DNA of 52,586 nucleotides from an uncultured Fidelibacterota bacterium (lineage in GTDB: Bacteria; Fidelibacterota; Marinisomatia; Marinisomatales; UBA1611). Shown here one piece after another: positions 47,030-52,586 of the stretch; position 1 is the first letter of the stretch; the number at the start of each line of letters is the position of its first letter. A model generated the notes under the pieces. The model was not told the DNA's origin and ran no database searches. It saw only the letters and a program-made list of their open reading frames with translations. The stretch is taken from assembly GCA_913040915.1 (NCBI GenBank), contig CAJWHW010000012.1:1-52586 (forward strand), read 5' to 3'. The position numbers were made by a program, and so were the translations under genes.

Positions 47030-49761
47030 ATAAGATTCTGTGGAATTTATTGATTGTTTCTGTTTTGTTCGGGCAGTATGATCAATTATTCGTTGGGACT
47101 CGTCCCTTGAGCATGGGCGGTGCTTTTATCGCTGTTGCGGATGATGCAAATACGATTACCTGGAATCCCGCCGGTTTACCTGGTATGAGGAGAACAGAGT
47201 TTACCACAACTTATGCTGACCTTTATGCTATGGGAATCACTCAATCCTATCTTGGCTTCGTAAGACCATTTTCTGACCGTGTAGCTTTGGGATTCGATTG
47301 GTCTAATGTGGGATATGACGATAAAGAATTACTTTATTCTGAAAATAAATTAAATCTGGCCGTTGGTATTCAGCCACATCGACGGATCTCATTTGGCCTG
47401 ACATTGAAATACCTTATGAGAGATATGCAATTAGATGGTACTTCTTATGGAAAAAGTTCTGGCTTGGGATATGATGCAGGATTGTTAATCCAACCTTTAA
47501 AAAATCTTAGATTTGGTATTGGACTTTATGACCTAGGTGGAACCCAAGTTGCATATAAAGATAAAACATTCGAAACAATTCTGGGGCAGGCATTCAAGTT
47601 GGGAATCAGTTACATGCCAATAGATGGCTTAATCCTTGCAGCGGATTACGGTGACAGATTACATTTAGGCGCTGAATACGTTTTAAAAAACAGATTGAGT
47701 CTCAGAGCCGGTGTCCAGCAGGATATTAGTGGTGATGAAATAATCATAGTTCCTTCCGGTGGTATTTCCATCAAATTCAAAAGTATTATTATTGAGTATG
47801 GTTATGAAAGTCATCCTTATCTTGAGCCTACTCATCGCATGTCTCTGGCTTTGCAGTTTAGCCCTGCTGTTGTAAGTATAACATCTACAGTCATCAGTCA
47901 TAACCCTATTTTCCGCTCACTACACAGATATTACGAATCTGAACCATTTCTAAAAGTTGGGTTAAAAAATATTTCTGATGCAGACTTGCCCGTTGACGTA
48001 TCCTTATTCCTACCAACTATGATGGATAACCCTCATTCTGAAACTGTTACTTTGCCACCTAAGTCAGAAGAAGAATATGATATTGGTATCTCTTTTTCCA
48101 GCGATGTACTTACATCTAAGAAAGCAACATTTGATAATCTCGTTCAACCAGAAGTAAAAGTTACTTATAAGCAGGGTGGTGAGGAAAAACTCGCTCAAAA
48201 GAAAATGGAATCGGCCTATGTTCTTGGGAAAGGAAAACTAACCTGGAGTAATCCGGACATGATTGCCTGTTATGTAACGCCTGCGGATGCTGTTGTTGAT
48301 AAATTCGCCCGAAACTTCATTCAATATTATACTCCAGTTTTAAATGAATATTTTGGACGTAGTAATCTGGGAAGAGCTATCATTTTATATGATGCGTTAG
48401 GGACGCACGGACTGGTTTACAATATTGATTTAGAAACACCTTTCTTAGAAATTGCCGATGATAAATCTACTTTTGATTCTGTAAAATATCCTGGAGATAT
48501 GCTTCGTGATAAAATTGGTGATTGCGATGATCTAACGGCGTTGTTTGGGTCACTTATGGGGAATTTGGGAATTGAGACCATGTTTCTTGATGTATTTAAA
48601 CCGGGAGCAGGGCATATTTTCTTAATGTTTGATAGCGGTGTAAAACCAGATGAATTGGGAAAATATTTTCTGGATGAATCTGAAGTAGTTGTTTTAAATG
48701 ATAAAGTTTGGATTCCTGTAGAAGCAACTCTGGTAGGTAAACCATTTTTCAGTGCATGGAAACAGGGTGCATTGAAATATCATGAGATGAAAGATGGTAA
48801 TTTTGTAAATGAAATATCTGTTAAGGAAGCATCAGCCAAATATCTTGCAGGCTCCCATATTACACCAGATATGCCAATGCCGGAGATCGATGGAATTAAT
48901 GATCTTTTAAAAGAAGATATTCGACAATATGGTTTATGGCTAGAACAAATTGTGTTTAATGCTGTAGGAAATAAATTGGATGCTGCTGAAGACTATTATG
49001 ATGCTGGAGTTAAATACATGGAATTTGGCCGCTATAAAGAAGCCATAGAAATGTTGGAAACAGCTATTAATATGAAACCCGTTTTCCCTGATGCTATAAA
49101 TACACTTGGTGTATGCTATACAAAAAAAGAGGAATATCAAAAAGCAATCGAATTTTATGAAAAAGCACTTGAGCAAGGAGGCGAACATCCTGGTTATATA
49201 CTAAACATTGCTATTTCACATTTCATGATGGGAAATAAAGGAATGGCTAAACAAAAATATGATGAGGTTGTTCTTTTAGATCCTGTATTTGGGGGAAAAT
49301 TAGATAAAGTTTTTGGTGCAGCAAAAGCGTCAGCAGCTGGCGGTGTATCATCTGGACCAAAACTTGAACTCTCTGATGATCTTGAAGCTGAATTAGCGGC
49401 AGGAGCTACCAAGGGTTTGGTGGCAATTGAAGAAGCGCCAAAAGATGTACAACCGGAAGATATCCCAAAGATTTCATTCCGTAAAAGAAGGGCCCGCAGC
49501 GATAACACTGTCGGTATCACTTTTGCACGCCTAGGTAATTATTCAATGGCTATTGATTATTTCAGAAAAGCAGTGGAAAATGACCCGAATGAATTGGATT
49601 ATAAAATCAATTTAGCAGTGGCATTATACCGCATGTATAAATATGAAGAAGCGATTATCTTTTACGATGAAGTGAAGAAAGCAAAACCAGAATTAGTGAC
49701 CCAGCTAGACTTTATTGAAAGTATGGGCGAAATCACACCAAAATTCAAAAAATTTGATTAA
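47026..49761 (+). CDS. PorV/PorQ-like beta-barrel + transglutaminase-like domain + TPR repeats
   Basis: G.RPLSMGGAFIAVADDA..ITWNPAGL; GDCDDL..LF.SL...GHIFLMFD...WIPVEAT; C-terminal TPRs. Confidence 0.8.
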   Translation: MNKILWNLLIVSVLFGQYDQLFVGTRPLSMGGAFIAVADDANTITWNPAGLPGMRRTEFTTTYADLYAMGITQSYLGFVRPFSDRVALGFDWSNVGYDDKELLYSENKLNLAVGIQPHRRISFGLTLKYLMRDMQLDGTSYGKSSGLGYDAGLLIQPLKNLRFGIGLYDLGGTQVAYKDKTFETILGQAFKLGISYMPIDGLILAADYGDRLHLGAEYVLKNRLSLRAGVQQDISGDEIIIVPSGGISIKFKSIIIEYGYESHPYLEPTHRMSLALQFSPAVVSITSTVISHNPIFRSLHRYYESEPFLKVGLKNISDADLPVDVSLFLPTMMDNPHSETVTLPPKSEEEYDIGISFSSDVLTSKKATFDNLVQPEVKVTYKQGGEEKLAQKKMESAYVLGKGKLTWSNPDMIACYVTPADAVVDKFARNFIQYYTPVLNEYFGRSNLGRAIILYDALGTHGLVYNIDLETPFLEIADDKSTFDSVKYPGDMLRDKIGDCDDLTALFGSLMGNLGIETMFLDVFKPGAGHIFLMFDSGVKPDELGKYFLDESEVVVLNDKVWIPVEATLVGKPFFSAWKQGALKYHEMKDGNFVNEISVKEASAKYLAGSHITPDMPMPEIDGINDLLKEDIRQYGLWLEQIVFNAVGNKLDAAEDYYDAGVKYMEFGRYKEAIEMLETAINMKPVFPDAINTLGVCYTKKEEYQKAIEFYEKALEQGGEHPGYILNIAISHFMMGNKGMAKQKYDEVVLLDPVFGGKLDKVFGAAKASAAGGVSSGPKLELSDDLEAELAAGATKGLVAIEEAPKDVQPEDIPKISFRKRRARSDNTVGITFARLGNYSMAIDYFRKAVENDPNELDYKINLAVALYRMYKYEEAIIFYDEVKKAKPELVTQLDFIESMGEITPKFKKFD

Positions 49762-49786
49762 ATTTTCGTATATTTAACCTAAGAAC

Positions 49787-50239
49787 ATGAAGAAGTTACA
49801 CATTATATTAATAGCACTTTCATTTTCCATTGTCTGGGCCCAAGATGAAGACCTTGATCTGGATATGGATGCCATGTGGGACAATACCGTATGGAATGAG
49901 ATTGAAGAAGTCACCACTAAAGAATATGAAGTCGAAAAAGTGACTGCTGTAGCAGGGGTCCGTGGTGCTGAAGCAGAAGATGAAGCGCTCCATCATCTTT
50001 ACTATCGTCAATCAATGAAAGGGCCGAGTCAAGTGGAACTAAATAAAGCACTGGGCAAACTATTAAATACCCTTACTGCTTTAAAAGAAAAAAACCCAAG
50101 CCATGAAAAAATTCCAGAAGTAACTCATTATGTAATCCAGATATATAAAAAGCTGAATAATAATTCGAAAGCTAAAGAAATGGAAGTTGATCTATTGGCT
50201 ACTGCCCCTGACTCAAAATGGGCAAAATTTTATAAATAA
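49787..50239 (+). CDS. Exported hypothetical protein
   Basis: Signal peptide (VWA|Q), acidic N-terminus, AVAGVRGAE motif, TPR-like end (PDSKWA). Confidence 0.72.
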   Translation: MKKLHIILIALSFSIVWAQDEDLDLDMDAMWDNTVWNEIEEVTTKEYEVEKVTAVAGVRGAEAEDEALHHLYYRQSMKGPSQVELNKALGKLLNTLTALKEKNPSHEKIPEVTHYVIQIYKKLNNNSKAKEMEVDLLATAPDSKWAKFYK

Positions 50240-50246
50240 GATTTTC

Positions 50247-50293
50247 TGATTAAACAAAAAAGCCCCTTAATAAGGGGCTTTTTTGTTTAATCA
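50247..50293. terminator. Bidirectional terminator between convergent genes
   Basis: Perfect inverted repeat TGATTAAACAAAAAAGCCCCTTA-A-TAAGGGGCTTTTTTGTTTAATCA. Confidence 0.9.
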
Positions 50294-51063
50294 CCATTAA
50301 AGAATGTTTTTTCACCACCCATTTCTTCCATAATCCAGCCTCCCCCAGGAATTTCATCCCTAATAACTCCTTCTCCCTGAAGAGTACCATCTTCAAACCA
50401 GAATTTAGCTGTACCCCAAGCAACACCATCTACATATTCAATGGCCATCTCCTTGTTACCATTTTCATACCACTGTATCCAAAGACCATTTTTTTTACCA
50501 TTTTTATATTCGATATTTAAGCTTTTATTTCCATTTTCATGCCACTCTTCATATCGCCCAAAGGTAGTAAGATTTTTTTGAATAGAACCTTCTTTATAAG
50601 TTGTACGAACCGCTTTCATACCATTCTCATACCATTCAGTATACAAACCATCTTCTAATCCATTTTTATACTTTGTTTTCATAGCTTTTTTCCCGCTTTC
50701 ATACCACTCGGTATATTTGCCATGATATTCATTACGATAAAAATTTGCAAGGATTTCTCGATTTCCATTTTCATACCACTGTTCCCATTTACCCTCTAAT
50801 TCCCCATTAACATAATTCCCTTTTATCAAAACCTTACCTTTAGAGTTTGATGTTTCCCAAGTCCCATGTGGCAATCCATTTTTGAATTCAGCTTTCAAAT
50901 TTCCACTACTAAGTTTTTTAACTGAAACACCAGTAAATAACTCATCATTTTTATAATATTTTCCATCAAGAGAGTCTAATAATTTCCAATCAGTAGGATT
51001 ACTCCCGTAAAGAAGAGTTAAAAGAAAAAAGGGTAATCCAATATATTTATTAATAGTTTTCAT
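50287..51063 (-). CDS. Exported MORN-variant repeat protein (YwqK-like)
   Basis: Repeats of Y.NG..(H/E/N)G.(W/Y)..WYENG; signal-peptide-like N-terminus. Confidence 0.85.
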   Translation of the reverse strand: MKTINKYIGLPFFLLTLLYGSNPTDWKLLDSLDGKYYKNDELFTGVSVKKLSSGNLKAEFKNGLPHGTWETSNSKGKVLIKGNYVNGELEGKWEQWYENGNREILANFYRNEYHGKYTEWYESGKKAMKTKYKNGLEDGLYTEWYENGMKAVRTTYKEGSIQKNLTTFGRYEEWHENGNKSLNIEYKNGKKNGLWIQWYENGNKEMAIEYVDGVAWGTAKFWFEDGTLQGEGVIRDEIPGGGWIMEEMGGEKTFFNGD

Positions 51064-51121
51064 AATTATTAATTGATTTATTTTAGATTACTGAAAGTTA
51101 ATTATATACAGCGATAAGATA

Positions 51122-51159
51122 TATAAAAAAGGGTTTCGAAAAAGAAACCCTTTTTTATA
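51122..51159 (-). terminator. Rho-independent terminator after the lectin gene
   Basis: TATAAAAAAGGGTTTC-GAAAAA-GAAACCCTTTTTTATA. Confidence 0.82.
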
Positions 51160-51185
51160 AGGAAAACGTAAGTTTTTAAGTACAA

Positions 51186-52586
51186 TTATTTCAGAAGGAT
51201 CATCTTCTTCACATCTCTGAATTCACCCGCCTGTATCATATAGATATAGACACCAGCTGAGACAGGGGATCCTGATTCATTCGTAGCATCCCAAACTACA
51301 GAATGGTAGCCTGCTGATGCTTTTCCATTGACCAGATCTCGTACCTTATGTCCCATCAAATCATAAATCATAATAGATACATTGGTTTGTCCAGGTAAAT
51401 CAAAATGTATACTCGTTTCAGGATTAAATGGATTTGGATAGTTTTGATGGAGTGTGAATTCACCAGGAAGTCCATGAACATCTTCAAGATTGAGCAAGGT
51501 TACATTAACGTAATTAGATGGATCACCCTCATTTTCATTTATGTCAAGAGCTGTGATTACATAAAAATAATCACCGAGTTCTTCCACATCATCAGCAAAT
51601 TCTGAATTCTCACTAGTACCAACCCTATTATCTTCATTAGGAATAAAGTCTGGTTCCATACTGCGATAAACGGAATAATAATCTAGATCATTAGCATCTG
51701 ACTCAGACCATTGAAGATAAACTATTCCATCAGTAACTGCTGCATAGACATTAGCAGGAGCCCCTGGCGCAATATTATCGACTGAATATCCAGATTCTGG
51801 TTCACTTGCAAAATTACCTTCATCCATGGCTGCAATAATACGATAAGTCATAATTGCATCATTCTCACTTGTTGAATCAGCTAGAGTAGTGGCTTCAACA
51901 ATATACACATCGTTACCATAAGCTGATACGGAACTTAAACCTACCCAACCTTCACCATCTAGCCTTTCAATTGTATACATCTCGGGAGTTCGTAACTCAT
52001 CTGTATCATACGAAGATCGTGCAAATCTCACATAGACTCTGCCACCCTGGTCATCTGGGATATCATATACATCTAAAATAGTCGCTGATTCGGGTCCGGG
52101 ACGCTCTAAAACGAAGTACATTTCTTCATTATATGCGCCCACATCATTCCAAGAGCCATCACCCCACATTACTGCAAAGTGCTCTGACTCATCCTGATTA
52201 TTTGGTTCACCTTCTGCCCAATTTGTGAAAACTACTTCTTCACCAGTAACCCAATTCCAGACTCCTTCTTCATATTGATCTGTGAATCCCAGCCATACAC
52301 CACCACCTGTATTTTCAGCAACAAAATCATTTTCTTCTTGCGAAGATATGGTAACTAAGTGACCATCTCCATGATCATTGATCCAATTATTAGCTTCATT
52401 CCAAGACATTACATCTCTGGAAATAAAGTAGTCTGAACCATTAAAAGAACCTATATATGTTAAAGGTCCTTCTTCATCACCATCTTCTAGGGTAATATTG
52501 TATTCTAGATCTCCTTCAACATAAACATAGCCGTTGAATGATGAATATCCTTCTGACCATGCTTGAACATTATATTCATAACCACT
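51186..52586 (-). CDS. T9SS type-A CTD protein with C-type lectin and Fn3-like domains (5' end outside the window)
   Basis: Frame is open from 52409 to the window edge; SWNEA..., GHLVTISSQEEN, WLGFTD, W..GEPNN, WNDV; C-terminal LHQNYPNPFNP...SAGVY...KKMILLK. Confidence 0.88.
   Translation of the reverse strand, partial: SGYEYNVQAWSEGYSSFNGYVYVEGDLEYNITLEDGDEEGPLTYIGSFNGSDYFISRDVMSWNEANNWINDHGDGHLVTISSQEENDFVAENTGGGVWLGFTDQYEEGVWNWVTGEEVVFTNWAEGEPNNQDESEHFAVMWGDGSWNDVGAYNEEMYFVLERPGPESATILDVYDIPDDQGGRVYVRFARSSYDTDELRTPEMYTIERLDGEGWVGLSSVSAYGNDVYIVEATTLADSTSENDAIMTYRIIAAMDEGNFASEPESGYSVDNIAPGAPANVYAAVTDGIVYLQWSESDANDLDYYSVYRSMEPDFIPNEDNRVGTSENSEFADDVEELGDYFYVITALDINENEGDPSNYVNVTLLNLEDVHGLPGEFTLHQNYPNPFNPETSIHFDLPGQTNVSIMIYDLMGHKVRDLVNGKASAGYHSVVWDATNESGSPVSAGVYIYMIQAGEFRDVKKMILLK

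Noticed and set aside
50287..51063. Toxin-antitoxin or polymorphic toxin immunity system (YwqK label)
   Set aside because: Generic MORN-variant repeats with a signal peptide and no adjacent toxin gene

Overview
AT-rich bacterial window. Gene content (T9SS-type C-terminal domains with YPNPFNP, a PorV-like barrel, sigma-54) suggests an FCB-group lineage such as Ca. Marinimicrobia; this is inference only. (1) 1-6750, minus strand: lipid-modification operon with desaturase, two Cfa-family methyltransferases, DUF1365, FAD oxidoreductase, lipocalin, START-like and DUF2878 genes, resembling the furan fatty acid pathway. (2) 6841-13359, minus strand: catabolic cluster of amino-alcohol kinase, PLP phospho-lyase-like enzyme, SSS transporter, sialidase-fold protein and GH109. 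(3) 13571-50239: a ~37 kb type IV filament locus with PilD, PilB, PilC, a sigma-54 activator, canonical pilins, an ExeA-PilM-PilN fusion, PilO, a GspB/MshK-like protein and a secretin. It continues into a CHASE2 adenylate cyclase, an FG-GAP adhesin and a PorV-transglutaminase-TPR fusion, and is interrupted by an opposite-strand PglL, T9SS cargo and exosortase block. The standout is an array of four non-canonical pilin-like genes (G|Q/N-SLAEF, Thr/Ala-rich N-terminal helix). Each has its own sigma-54 promoter and a shared upstream TGTAACA-N3-TGWWACA motif, and two are identical over ~687 bp despite diverged flanks. Both receiver domains in the locus have Glu at the phosphoacceptor position, and no histidine kinase or PilT is present in the window. 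(4) 50287-52586, minus strand: MORN-like repeat protein and a partial C-type lectin T9SS cargo. All calls are by-eye motif recognition; no database searches were run.
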